From: Eledone cirrhosa
Taxonomy: Eukaryota
Direction of reading: 5' to 3'
NCBI GenBank assembly: GCA_964016885.1
Contig: OZ024742.1
Location: 105,276,001-105,340,000, forward strand
DNA length: 64,000 nucleotides
Made by a program: the position numbers and the translations under genes. The notes beneath the pieces are model-generated. The model was not told where the DNA came from and did no database searches. It saw nothing but the letters and a program-made list of their open reading frames with translations. Below, one piece after another: positions 13,801 through 26,565 of the stretch. Numbering within the stretch: position 1 is the first letter of the stretch; the number at the start of each line of letters is the position of its first letter.

Positions 13801-14442
13801 CTATACTGTATGGTCATTTAGTTTAGATTGAAATCAGTTGAAAATAATTAAGTTCATAATAAATCTCTCAGGCAACAGAATTTATAACTGAAACAGTTGT
13901 AACTGTTGCTAGCAGCTGTAGACTAAGAAGGGGTTAACACATTCACTCCAGTATGTATGAAGTTTAGTTACCATTAATGTTGCTAGCAACTGTGAACTAG
14001 AATCAGTGAAGAAATATTATTACAGATCCAATAAAACTTCTTTAACTGTATCCTTTTTTTAACTCTTAACATCCTGCACCGCATGAAACTACATTAGCAA
14101 GACATTCTTGAAAACTATAAAAACAGTATTATAACTGTATCATATTAACCCCTTAGAATTTAAACCTTCCAAATCGACCAGAATTCTCTCACCTCTTTCT
14201 GTTCAAACTGGCCATAACTGGCCACTCATACTGATGTTAAGGTAGTAATCTCAGAATAAATAATATCAAAATCTCATAAGTTCAATAGTGTGTGAGATAT
14301 TACGTGAAGTAAAACACAATAGTATATATAGAGTAATGTAAATGATCATTACAGGATATTAAAAGTTAAAAAGAATCAAAAGAAATTTAAAAACAATTTT
14401 CAAATACTAGAATTACTACTGAAATATTAAAATATTATTAAA

Positions 14443-14638
14443 AGAGGTGGTGGATTGGCAGTATCGGTAGAAGGTCGGACACCATGCTTTGACGCATAGA
14501 GTTACAGCCCTTCTCATTCTGAGTTCAAATCCCGCCTCGGTTAACTTTGCCTTTCATCCTTATGGGGTCAATAAAATAAAGTACCAGTAATTCACTGGGT
14601 AATTGCTGGCCTTGTGCCAAAAGTAGAAACAATTATTA
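14443..14638 (+). mobile_element. tRNA-derived SINE
   Basis: Full-length copy; TSD attattaaaag. Confidence 0.9.
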
Positions 14639-14652
14639 AAAGCCTTTTTTTA

Positions 14653-14905
14653 ACCCTTTCATTACCATATTTCTAATGAAATACACTGCTAATACATTTG
14701 AATTAGTTTCGAAAATAATTTAAAAATTTGAGGAATTTAGTGAAATCTCTTTCTTTTTTTTTTTTATTAAGCTGGAGTTTGTAACAGAACTTATTAAAAC
14801 AAAGTTATGTTGGAAGGTATTAATATAAGTATGTATGCTTTAAAACAGGTAGTTTTATATCATAGAATTGGTGATGGTTTCATGCAGTTTGGTGCCAAAG
14901 AATAT
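14653..14905. mobile_element. Second TTAA-type MITE family (~250 bp; relatives ~12745-12998, 14920-15610, 16508-16780, 42267-42458, 43940-44166, 49662-50110)
   Basis: ttaaccctttcattaccatatttcta end and shared internal ttttgaaaataat...ttaagctgg...ttatgatggaagatttt. Confidence 0.65.
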
Positions 14906-15044
14906 AACTGGAAATTTTTAACTCTTTTCATACCAAACCACTAAAATCCCCCTGGTTTTATGATAAAAAGCTATTTATTTCAGTGTTTTTGTTTATTTAG
15001 GAACATTGCATTATAATTTTATGTAAGAACTTTTGTTAAGTTAT

Positions 15045-15380
15045 GGAGGCACATGGCTTAGTGGTTAGAGCATTGGCCTTGCAATCGAAAGGTTGTGAGT
15101 TCAATTCTCAGACCGGGTGATGTGTTGTTTCCTTGAGCAAGACACTTTATTTCACATTGCTCCAGTTTACTCAGCTGTAGAAATGAGATGATAGGGACTG
15201 GGGTCCATATCATTCCACTGCAAAGTGGTCATGGAGGTGCCACGGCAAAAAAGCACCCAGCACTCACTGTAAATGAGGTTGGTGTTAGGAAGGGCATCCA
15301 GCTGTAAAAATCAAGCCAGAATCAGTTCCCGTCCCACCCTTGCAAGCAGGGAAAAGTGGACGTAAAATGATGATGATGAT
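15045..15380 (+). mobile_element. Same CORE-like SINE but ending in the RTE-B tail
   Basis: Nearly identical to 9382-9669, then switches to cccacccttgcaagcagggaaaagtggacgtaaaatgatg. Confidence 0.9.
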
Positions 15381-16182
15381 AATTGTTTCTACTTTAGGCA
15401 CAAGGCTAGCAATTACCCAGTGCATTACTGGTACTTTATTTTATCGACCCCCGTAAGGATGAAAGGCAAAGTCGACCTCGGCGGGATTGATCATGATGCT
15501 CTATATACCAGATAAATAATGAAAGTTACAAAATCCTTTGAAATCCTTCATTATTTTCAAAATCATTTGAAAAACAATGTCTTCATTACAAATATTGTAA
15601 TTAAAGCATTAAGAATGTGGGGCGTTAATTACCAAAGTGTCTTCAAACGTTCAGTGTCTTAATAAATGAAGTAAATATTGATAATAAAGTCATTATAAGT
15701 CCAATCACTAATTACCAACACCATAAGTCATGCCAAATTCATTACTGCAACCCTTCATCATCATCACTGTTTAATGTTCATTTTTCCATGTTAGCACGGG
15801 TTAGACTAGTTGTCCCATTTGAAACAAGTCAGGTCAGGTGACCATGTCTTGCTCATACAGAACTGATTGGGGCTTTGTTTCTACGACTGGATGCCCTTCT
15901 TAATGCCAACCATATTTACAGTATGGACTGGCTTCTTTTTTATTAATAATAATAAATATCTTCTGCTGTGATAGGTTTTAACTTAATATTTAAACTGAAA
16001 CTTGATCGTTCTGGTTTTGTGACCAATGGATCAATAGGTTATATCCTAAAATGAATAAATGCTTCTGACTGGTATTGGGGGAGAAAAACAACAAAACATT
16101 TCAATCTCATTGATGCAGTCAACCTATCTATTTGATTTAATCTATTTTGCCCTTCCACAAAATGTGTTGGCCTTGTGCTTAA

Positions 16183-16402
16183 CCCTTTAGCATTTACATT
16201 ACTCTATATAAACTATTGTATTTTCACAGTAAAGGCCTTATCTTACATAATATCTCACATAATACTGAATCGATGAGATTTTGATATTATTTATTTTGAG
16301 AACAATACCTTAAAGTCAATATGAGGGACCAGTTAGGGCCAGTTTGAACAGAAAAAGGTGAGAGAATTTTGGCCGGATATGGCTGGTTTAAATGCTAAAG
16401 GG
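16183..16402. mobile_element. piggyBac-type MITE (~220 bp)
   Basis: TTAA|ccctttagcattta...taaatgctaaaggg|TTAA. Confidence 0.88.
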
Positions 16403-16802
16403 TTAAATTAGAAATCACTATTTTTCTATTACATCAACAGTTTTAAGGCCATTTTCCTATGACAATTTTCTCTATTTTCAGTCATATTAATCATGGTTTC
16501 CTTTATAACCCTTTCATTACTATATTTCTAATAAAAAAAAAAAACTATCTATAATTTTCAAAATTAATTTGAAACAATTTAGTAATATAACTAACTTTCT
16601 CATTATTATTTTTTTTCTACCTAACAAACATACAATTTATTAAGCTGGTGTTTCAAAGATAAACTTAGAGTCTTACATAAAATTATGATGGAAGATTTTT
16701 AAATAAACAATCACTTTAAAAACTATTTTGTATCATCATAGAACTGAGGTGCTTTCATGTGGTCTGGTGTCAAAAGGATTGAACAAAATTTTCCAGAAAT
16801 GT

Positions 16803-16884
16803 CACACATGCAAATCAAAAGACCCAGTCTTCAGCACACACACATGCAAATCAAAAGACCCAGTCTTCAGCACACACACATGCA
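16803..16884. repeat. 36-bp tandem duplication
   Basis: cacacatgcaaatcaaaagacccagtcttcagcaca x2 plus a partial third copy. Confidence 0.9.
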
Positions 16885-16899
16885 TATATGTGAATGTAC

Positions 16900-17448
16900 A
16901 TCATCATCATCATCATTTAACGTCCATCTTCCACGCTAGCATGGGTTTGGACGGGAATTTTCCCACTTGAGGCAAGATTGGTTGTCTTGCTCGTATAGGA
17001 CTGTCTGGCGGGTTTTCTACAGCTGGATGCCCTTCCTAACACCAGCCACGTTTACAGTGTGGACTGGGAGGTTTTTACCGTGTTACCTAAACGGCCACAT
17101 TACAGCGTGGACTGTGTGTTTTTTTTGTCGTGACACCTACACGACCTCATTTATTTAGGACTGGATGTTGTGGTACCAACATAACTTTACATCGAAAGTG
17201 GTGGTGTGGATGGGGTTGGGGTAGTGGGACAGGGGTGTATTTTTGTTAAGAGGTGCCTACTGACTGTAAGTTTCGCTTTGTACTTAGGCAAGGCGGGTCT
17301 TCTGTATTACTGCATAGCGCCAAAGATCTCGGTCCAGTGACACTGTCTTGGAGAGGTGTAGGTGTGTGAGGTCGGAATTTATCAAGTCGTCCCAGGTTTT
17401 TCTGGGTCTGCCTACTCCGTGGCTACCGTCTATTTTTATCGCCCTGCA
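16900..17448 (-). mobile_element. Diverged RTE subfamily A-like 3' end (ORF end plus long UTR)
   Basis: Minus-strand ORF KKCRAIKIDGSHGVGRPRKTWDD...WRYAVIQKTR, then the ggaagggcatccagctgtagaaa UTR motif and the tail, seen as (CAT)n on the plus strand. Confidence 0.85.
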
Positions 17449-17559
17449 CTTTTTTTGTATGTATATGCATATGTATGTGCATGCGTATATATCTGTATGT
17501 GTGAGTACGTACACACATGTACATGTTGCTTTTTTAGTGATCCTTTAAATTTCTTACAT

Positions 17560-17948
17560 AAAACTCATGAGTACCTTTTTGATTTCCATGTGTCTAACAC
17601 ACGTGGGCATGCCCACAAAGTCAGAAAACAGTACAGTTCCCATGACTTTCGGAAACATTTTTTCACGCTCAGAGTTGCTGAAGCATGAAACAAACTACCT
17701 GCATCGGTCGGTTGTTAGCTGTCGAGACACTGCATCCTTTAAGGCCTCCATACTTCCTGAGATTCACCAACACTACACCTAATGTTCCCCCTCCATACAC
17801 ATACACACATGTATATCATGACTCATACACTATTCACTTCCCTGACATTTGTGTATTATTCTATGTACTATACATGCACCTTTGATGAGTTGTAGTGCAC
17901 CTGAGCACTTTACACAATAATTTCATTATTATTATTATTATTATTATT
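17560..17948 (+). mobile_element. CR1-clade LINE 3' end with (ATT)n tail
   Basis: TRGHAHKVRKQYSSHDFRKHFFTLRVAEA*NKLP...VVSCRDTASFK is the typical CR1 ORF2 C-terminus. Confidence 0.8.
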
Positions 17949-18189
17949 TTATAACAGGAACTTAATGGTAATTCTCACAACACTGATTCAGCAACTTCCA
18001 AGCTTAAATACACCTGACATACAATTACAGCTGTAACAGTATCTAACATATAATTATATGTTAAATGATGTGGGATGGTAATTATATATTAGATAGCAAA
18101 ACTCATATAATCATTGCTGTGTTTAATAATTACAGAAAATTGTATATTTGCAAACTGTGGAATTTATGAGTATGTACGTAACCTTAGAC

Positions 18190-18363
18190 CAATGTTTCTC
18201 AATTGGTGTTCCCCCAGAACAGTGATAAATAAGCTAATGCATTTAGATATTAATAATGGTATATAATAATTTTTATGAAATAGTTTTTGTGTCTCAGGGA
18301 ACCCCTGGGTCATGAAAACTATTTCAAGGGTTCCACAAGAATAAAAAAGGCTGAGAAACGCTA
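18190..18363. mobile_element. hAT-type MITE
   Basis: TIRs caatgtttctcaa / ctgagaaacgcta; 8-bp TSD ccttagac/ccttagat. Confidence 0.75.
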
Positions 18364-18554
18364 CCTTAGATAGATGATTTTAATCATCAGCTACTACAAA
18401 CCTTCACAACCTCAACCTGAGGGATTGCGCTGAAAAAAAATCAATCATATCAACCACAATATTTACTTTTGCAAGTTTGGTACCTATTTTATCAATCTCT
18501 CACTGTTACAAGACATAAACAAGCAGTAGACATAAAGATATAGGCACACACACT

Positions 18555-19065
18555 ATCATCATCATCATTTAACATCCATCTTCCACGCTAGTATGGGTGA
18601 AAATCAGGTCAGAGGACCATGTTTAGCTCACCCAGGAGAGATTTTGGCTAGGTTTCTACAGCTGGATGCCCTTCCTAACACCAACCACATTTACAGTGTA
18701 TGCTAGGTGCTTTTTGTTGTCACCTACACGACCACATTACAATGTGGATTGGGCACTTTTGTCTTGGAACTAGGGAGGGGGGAGGAAGCTTGGGGAAATT
18801 GCAAACATAGGTAGGGAGGGATGGTTACCATAAAGGGAGATGTATGAGAGGGGAGAAGGTTGAGAAGGTGTTCCCTACTAGGTATAAGCCTCAGTCCGAG
18901 AATAATAGAGGGAGGGTCTTCTGTAATATTGCATAGCGCCAGAGGCCGCTGTCCTGTGTCATTGCCTTGGTGAGATGTAATTGTGGTCACCTTTTATTAC
19001 CTCATCCCAAATCTTCCTAGGCCTGCCCACTCCATGACTACCATCAACTTTGTGCGCTCTGCACC
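18555..19065 (-). mobile_element. Diverged RTE subfamily A-like 3' end
   Basis: Same UTR motif and tail on the minus strand. 18915-19065 is homologous to the RT C-terminus. Confidence 0.75.
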
Positions 19066-19937
19066 TTATATATATATATATCCACACTGTAAATGCGGTT
19101 GGAGCTAGTAAGGGCATCTAGCTATAAAAACTCCAGTCAAAATACAGTTCAGTTTGAGCAAGCTAGTGTGGCCAACTAACTAGACTTAGTCTTAAAATTT
19201 GAATGACCAGTCTAACCCATGCAAGTGTGAAAAAAAATATAGACATTAAATGGCGATGATGTGATATATATATATATATATATATCACATCACGCCATTT
19301 AAATGTCTATATATATCATCATCATCATCATCGTCGTCGTCGTCACATGTCCACTTTTTATGCTGGCATGGATTATACACGACAGGCATCTGCAGTTTCT
19401 AGGTACCTAATTTCAATTTTACACACAAATCACTGGCGAACCTGAGAATACAGTAGAAGACACTTGCCCAAAGTGGGATTAAACCTGAAAGCACATGGGT
19501 ACGAAACAATGACCACACAGTTATGCCTGAAACTATCTTTATAATAAAACTCATCTGTCTCACAACAGCCACTTTATTGGTTGAGGAAATGGTAATTTGG
19601 TATCTTCTTCCCTACCTCTTTCTCACACTGTTGACAAAGTGATCAACAGTAACTTACAGTTACCAGCCTATGTATCTAGCTATTTTCCAACAATAACTAT
19701 TTATCTCTTCCCTGAAAGTCTCTCCAGTTATCCGTCTGTCTACCTTTCTACCTATCTATCTACTTATCTAAATATCTAACTACATGCCTATCTATATATC
19801 TACATACCTACCTATCTATCTATCTATCTGCATGTATGACTGTCAATCTATGGCTATCTGTATTGATTTTTTATCAAGAACAATGCACAAATTACAATAG
19901 CAGTCTAAAAAGATGGAAAGTCATCAGAATATATTGG

Positions 19938-20440
19938 ATGAATCTTAACTATAATAAAGAAAGGAGTGTGGGACTGCATCCAGAATTTTTTTTTTATCCC
20001 GTATGTAAAATAAGTTGGATTTTTGAATAAATAATGAATGAATATTATATAATTTACATACTAAATTTTGTAACTCTTGATTAAATATAAATAATTTTGT
20101 TGCTTATTTAAAGATTCACTTCTTTAAAATTTTCAAATTTCAACACTTCCGGTTAGCGCCCGTTATATTATATATAACACTTATAAAAACATTGCATATA
20201 TTTCCGTTGCTAATGTTCTCCTAATGCAGTTTATATATAATATCGTCTTTTTAAAATGTATCATGGATTACTTTACTGATTGCAGAAGAGAGTGTAACAC
20301 AGACTCTTTAATTTCTGTGGATATTGTCAATTACGATTTTATTAGACATATATCTACATGCATATATATTTGTGTATAATATCAATATGCACATTACACA
20401 TGCTAGCAGAAAACCACCCTAAAGGTGGTTTTTTTGCTAG
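19938..20440 (+). repeat. Helitron-like repeat ending in palindrome plus CTAG; left member of an inverted pair
   Basis: Ends ctagcagaaaaccaccctaaaggtggtttttttgctag|t; its reverse complement aligns with 21352-21748. Confidence 0.7.
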
Positions 20441-20640
20441 TGTTTGATAATGATTAAAGAAAATGTGGATGAAAATTATTGTAATTGATTTAAATGAATG
20501 TAAAATAAAATACCTCAATGATTGGAGTGACAGGAGAGAGAAGATCAAAGTAAATCAAGGATTCAATATTGTAATCAAGGACATATTAAATTTTAAAAAA
20601 ATTTTAATTATAAACAACATCATTTTGTATGGATACTATA

Positions 20641-20682
<42 letters not shown>

Positions 20683-21199
20683 TATTGTTTGCTTCATAAG
20701 GGCCTTAACTGGGAAGGTTCTACACCTACATACTTACAAGCACTACTACCACCACAATACAAAACTAATTAGTGACATGAAACAGCTCATAAAAGCCGGT
20801 GGTACAATGGGGATGCGAGTGAAAGGTTATTGAATAATAAATACATTTGCCACCCATTAATCACCATGGGTGGAGTCAGAGAGAGAGAGAGAAAGAGAGA
20901 GAGAGAAAGAGAGAAATGGAGGTTGGGGGGAGTCAAAGGTGAGTGGAGGTTGGCAGTGTGGGGTAAAGGGGTGATTGACTAAAGATAAAACAGTGAACAG
21001 CTTGCTAACAGTAGAAGAGTTAGGGAGGTATGGGGAGCTTGCAGTGGTCAAAGGTTTTTAATAGTATTCATCAAATGTTCAAATAACATTCTAAGTTATT
21101 TCATGCAATAAAGCTGAGGGCAACTTAAAATATGATAATTCTTAGAATATTGTATATAAATCAAAACTGATTAGCCCTATCCTTAAAAACGGCACATTA

Positions 21200-21236
<37 letters not shown>

Positions 21237-21351
21237 CTATTATTTCTTTCAACATCATTTAAACAAGGGATGGGCGGGTCTTCACAAGCCAAATCAGTAC
21301 TCAAGCAGAGTGTCTGACTTCTCAATTGGACCTAGATCTTGCTTATGTAAA

Positions 21352-21748
21352 CTAGCAGAAAAACCTTCGGGTGGTTTTCTGCTAGCATGTGTAGTGTGTA
21401 TATTGATATTATACGCAAGTATATATGCATGTAGATATGATACATCAAATAAAATCGTAATTGACAATATACACAGAAATTGAACGACGGCTGTGTTACA
21501 CTCTCTTATGTAATCAGTAACGTAATCCATGATACATTAAAAAAGACGATATTATATATAAACTGCATTAGGAAAAAATTAGTGACATAAATATATGAAT
21601 ATTTATTTAAACGATCGCTAACCGGAAGTGTTGACATTTGAAAATCTTAAAGAAGTGAATCTTTAAATAAGTAATAAAATATATTTAATGAATAGCCACG
21701 AAATTTAGTAGCAGTCCCGCGCTTCTTACTTTATTATAGTTTAGATTT
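21352..21748 (-). repeat. Helitron-like repeat; right member of the inverted pair
   Basis: Collinear reverse complement of 19938-20440. Confidence 0.7.
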
Positions 21749-22256
21749 CTGCGCTTTACTGAGTGCATTTTATTGTGATAAAAGCACAAAGGAGCTTGTC
21801 AGGTTTTTGACAAAGCTATAGGAGTAATCCTGCCCTTTTGTTTGGTAGGTATTCTATTGCTAGATGCTTTTCCTAACAGCAACAACTTTACATAGTGTAC
21901 TTGGTGCAGGCAGAAATTTAATGTGCTTGGGTTATTCAGTCAATCAGCAAGATCGTATGATGATTCAGTAAACTAATCACAATTGCCATATTATGTGGTT
22001 CAAGATCAATGTTGACATTTGCAAGTAAAGCAACATCAGAAAAAGCTTTAGATTGTTCATGAAATTGCTGTGTAATACTTGCAAAAAAACAATTGTTTCA
22101 TACTGACAGAAACAATTTGTACCAACGTGATTGATTGAACAGCTGAGTTGAAAGCATTAAAATGCTTGTAAAATTGTTGTGTAACACAGGTTGTTCCTTC
22201 TACAAATATCAACTATAATAATATGTCACGTGTGTTTGCATGTATATATATATATA

Positions 22257-22326
22257 TCAGTTCGATTCCTGGACCGGGCGATGCGTTATGTCCTTGGGCA
22301 AGACACTTTATTTTTCACGTTGCTCC
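22257..22326 (+). mobile_element. CORE-like SINE head fragment
   Basis: gttcgattcc B box followed by tgtccttgggcaagacactttatttttcacgttgctcc. Confidence 0.7.
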
Positions 22327-22436
22327 TTCTACCTGGAGTTGCGACCGATAGATAGTATTAGCAATTGGAAAGACAAATGGAAACAGTGTTTCCTCGGTCC
22401 GATTTGACGAAAGTCGATTGTTCCTATATATATATA

Positions 22437-22837
22437 TTTATGTATAACATAAAGGAAAACATGTCCTCCTCTGACAAAATATATAGAAAATGTATAATTT
22501 TTTCCTGATATGCTGGTAGACAAACGAACTGGACAGATCGTTTGTCTACCAGCATATCAGGAAAAAATTACGTATTTGTCTGAGGAGGACATGTTTTGCT
22601 TTGTTATACATAAAACTTTACATCTTCGAAATATATATAATGAAATAAATAGAGATGATATAAAGTATATATCTTTCGTTTATTACTATTATTATTAAAA
22701 ATAAAGTACAAGTAATACACTGGAATAATTGTTGGCCTTGTGCCAAAAGTAGAAACAATTATTATACTCCGGATACATTTAAACCGTTGAGTGCTTGACA
22801 TATATAAGAACGAATTGATCGCAACTAACTCTTTTTT

Positions 22838-22845
<8 letters not shown>
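22437..22845 (+). mobile_element. Putative Penelope-like pLTR remnant with inverted 5' arm
   Basis: Fold-back at 22437-22613, hammerhead-like core and downstream AATAAA; TA-repeat flanks; interrupted by a SINE 3' fragment at ~22700-22765. Confidence 0.5.
22575..22644 (+). ncRNA. Candidate minimal type I hammerhead ribozyme
   Basis: CUGAGGA (22580-22586), stem II GGACAUG/CAUCUUC, GAAA (22628-22631), palindromic stem III AUAUAUAU, NUH = AUA (cut after 22639), weak stem I UUUGU/AUGAA. Confidence 0.5.
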
Positions 22846-22885
<40 letters not shown>

Positions 22886-25800
22886 GAAAGGTATAGAAAA
22901 CACTGCAACGAAAATCTGTAACACTTTAAAATTGACACACAATGTATCTCCTAAATCAGTCATATTGCCATAATAAAAAAGTTTGCTTTCCAGTCAGAAA
23001 GTCCCATCATTTGCACCTGTGAATAGTTATTTCTCCAAAGTTACTCAAACATTAAATATTGTATGTAATTTGTACATACATGTTGAACATCTATCCTAGT
23101 AACAAATTATCAAAATTTCTTCTTTTTTTTAATCTTTATCTCTATCAAAACGCAAATTTCCCGGTCTGTATGATTGTTCATATATCCAGTGAAAGCATTG
23201 TAAAAAATTGCCGTGTTAGAGTAAGGACTTCTATATTTAATGTGGCGAATTCATAGTGCTATTTTATACTTTTCAAGAATGTTTTGCTGGACGTCAATAG
23301 GTAAGTAATCGTACCATAACTATATATGAATATAAACGTTTCCTGGTCATCTGAATAAGTTATGTTACATCATCGAGTGGGTAAGCTTGAGATTGTTGTT
23401 TAAGTTTCTGGTATAAAATAGAGGTATTTATGATTCTTTAAACGGAACAATTTTGGACAATGCAGTGGACTCATGAATCAAGCTATTTGTTTCGTAAAAT
23501 TAGCATTGATAAAGACAGAAGTTGGATATGGCTGACAAAAGAATGTAACTGAAAGTTCCATTTTATTGTCATTAACGATTTTGATTTTATTTCAGCTTCA
23601 TTCAGTATTTTGAGATTACATGAAGACGGAAAGACGTTCAATATGTACATGTGCAAATTTATATGGAGGACCAGATACTAAAGATAGTTTGGGATTTAAG
23701 GGTCCTCTTCTAAATATACCTGAGAGATCTAGACAGTAGATATTAATATTTTTAAAAAGCATCTCGACATTCTGTGGTCCAAGATCTCAGACAAACTTAC
23801 ACCGGTGCAAGAAACTAAAATAAAAGCAATGATATCAAACACCCTCAATTATCAATGAACAACCAAGGTTTGGCAATAATAGCGGTGTTACAGCATGGGC
23901 CACTGCTCATGGCCTAAAACGAGCTAAAGAGTAAAAACAAAAAAATGTGTGCGTGTGTTATATATATAATATATAGGGGTATGAAATGGCTGACAAAACT
24001 GAAAGAAAATTATTTTTCGCCAATAAAATCATTTAGTATATATATAGATATGTTTCATTTTATTTTACTTATCATTTATTTGTCTTGTTTAAATGCCGGA
24101 CATTATATATACCTATTACGAAAGATGCTCAATATATAATATATAAAAGTTCATATAATAATAAATAATTTATTGCAATTTATTTTTCTAGCACCAACTT
24201 TAATAGATTAACTTTTTGCTGGCTATCACCAATCATATGATTCATACATTACATAATATACTTTTAATCTTAATGCTTTCAGTCATTGGACTGCAGTGAA
24301 GCGGGGGCATCGTCTTCAAATACAAACCGACCCCGGTACATATTTCAGTCGGATACTTACTTTATCGAACTCTATTTGTCGCAACACTATTTTACGGGAT
24401 TAAAAAAAAGGAACATAAACCAAAATCCGTTTTTAGAAATATGAATACAGTCAAACAAACATATAGCGGGCTTTTACAGTTTCCATCTACCAAATCCCAC
24501 TCATTACACACATACAATATATAAATAAACATCCAATATACATCGGGAAAACTCGGAGTAATAATAAATTATTATACCTTCGAATCGTGTATTGTTTTCC
24601 AATTTGTTAAACAAGCACCAGCGTAGTCTTAAATCTGATAGCTAAAACTAAATAACACTATACATATTTATACATACTGTACATATATACATGTTGTGTG
24701 CTCGTGCGTTTTATTCATTGAGTATTGTCTATTAAAAAACAGTCTAGGATAGATATTTTTAAAAAAGACAATTGAGGTTGACGCTAAATGAATAATTTTA
24801 TTTATTGATAATAAAGTAAATATATTTTATAAAAATATATTGGTAAAAAACAATGTTAAATGGTTTAGTGGGATAACTGTTTAACGGGTGACTGAACGTT
24901 TCAAAAGTTAAAAATTTATGGATTACAAACTTTCACAACCCCATTTTCACCATTACTACTACGAATATTATCACGACTACCACACACAAATACCCCTCAC
25001 CAATACTACTACTACTAAAAATTCACCACCACACTTCTTCACCTCACCACACCAACATTATATACTCTTTTAAAATATACTTACTCTGAAAAAAATAAAA
25101 GGGATTTTTTTTTCTTTCTTTCTTAAGAATCTTTAAGACTCAATGGTAGGAATGGAAGATATTTGTAGAACATTCTTTTGATGGCATGGAGTGAGGGGGG
25201 AGGGGAGAGAGAAATTGTTAAAAATTGAGAAGGTTGAGAAGTATATTTAATGGAACCAAATTGAGAGACCAGTTAACAAAACATATTACTTTCACACTGA
25301 CAGAAAAATATCAACTGAAAACTGAGGTGAAGGAAGAGAAGAAAAAATAATAAGCAAAGAAAGAACAAAGAAAATCAAACAAGGGAGTAAAATATATATA
25401 AATCTGAGAAAATGTATTTAAAATCTGTCTTACCATGATCCCATGTAAAAATCCATCAAATTTTAGTGATTTATTTTTAAACAGGCCATTTACTATTTTA
25501 GAAAAAAAAAACTCATTAGATTTTCTAGTGTAACAATCCAGCAAAACTTCTAGAAATTATTTAGTTTTTTAAAAAGTACTTATTACTGACCCATCATGGA
25601 AGGAAGTCACTAATCAGGACAATATTTGATTTAGGCCAGCAGTTGACCAGTAAGAAAAAGAGGACAGCCAATATAATGTCCAGTAAGTATATCATCTAAC
25701 AATCCATTAATACTTTAGTGGTTGACCACATGGAAAAAAGAAGATACTTTACTACCAATAAGGTTTGTCCAAAGAAACAAATATACCAGCAACTAAAGGT

Positions 25801-26565
25801 GGTTAGGAGGGAGTTCACATTTCCAGTTAGGGCTTAAGAACTATAAAGCTAGCTACCAAATAAAAATGTTAGTGATGGTCCCATTTATACTACCACTACA
25901 TTCCAGGGCACTATAACAGTCTGGCCTGCCTACTCCAGCCACTCAACTGGACACAATGACTTGCTTGCTGGGATTGCTGGTGTTTTGTTTTGTTCAAAGC
26001 CAGCTATCTACCCAAATAGAGGTCACATCTTATCCTAACTGACCCAGTCAGTCAGGACAACATGTGCTTGGTTACTCTTGCAACCAACCAACAGCTTCAT
26101 GGTGAGAAAGTGAGAGAAATCTAGTTGGTTGGTTGGTTGGTTATTTCAAAATGTATAAAAATTGTTAACTGTAACTTATTTCTCACTTAGAATAGCCATT
26201 ATTTTTTTATCATTATTTAGAAATTAAAGTATTACAGCCTTATAGCTTATTAATAAAAACAATTATAATAATAATAATAATAATAATTCTTCCTTTATTG
26301 GCCACAAGGGCCTACATTAATAATATCAATTATTACTGATTTCTTATCTTGGCAACAAATTCTATATGGAATGAAAGGAAATATTTTGATATCCAGGACT
26401 TCCCCCAAAACAGTCTAATGTAAGTGAAGTGAGTGAATTTTAACAGGAAATGAACAATAATTATTAAGATTTCAAATAAAACAGAAATAAAAAATCTAAT
26501 GATCTTGCTATAATGTTATTTTTTTTTTTAATTTGATAAATTTGTATATATATATAAACTAAGAA

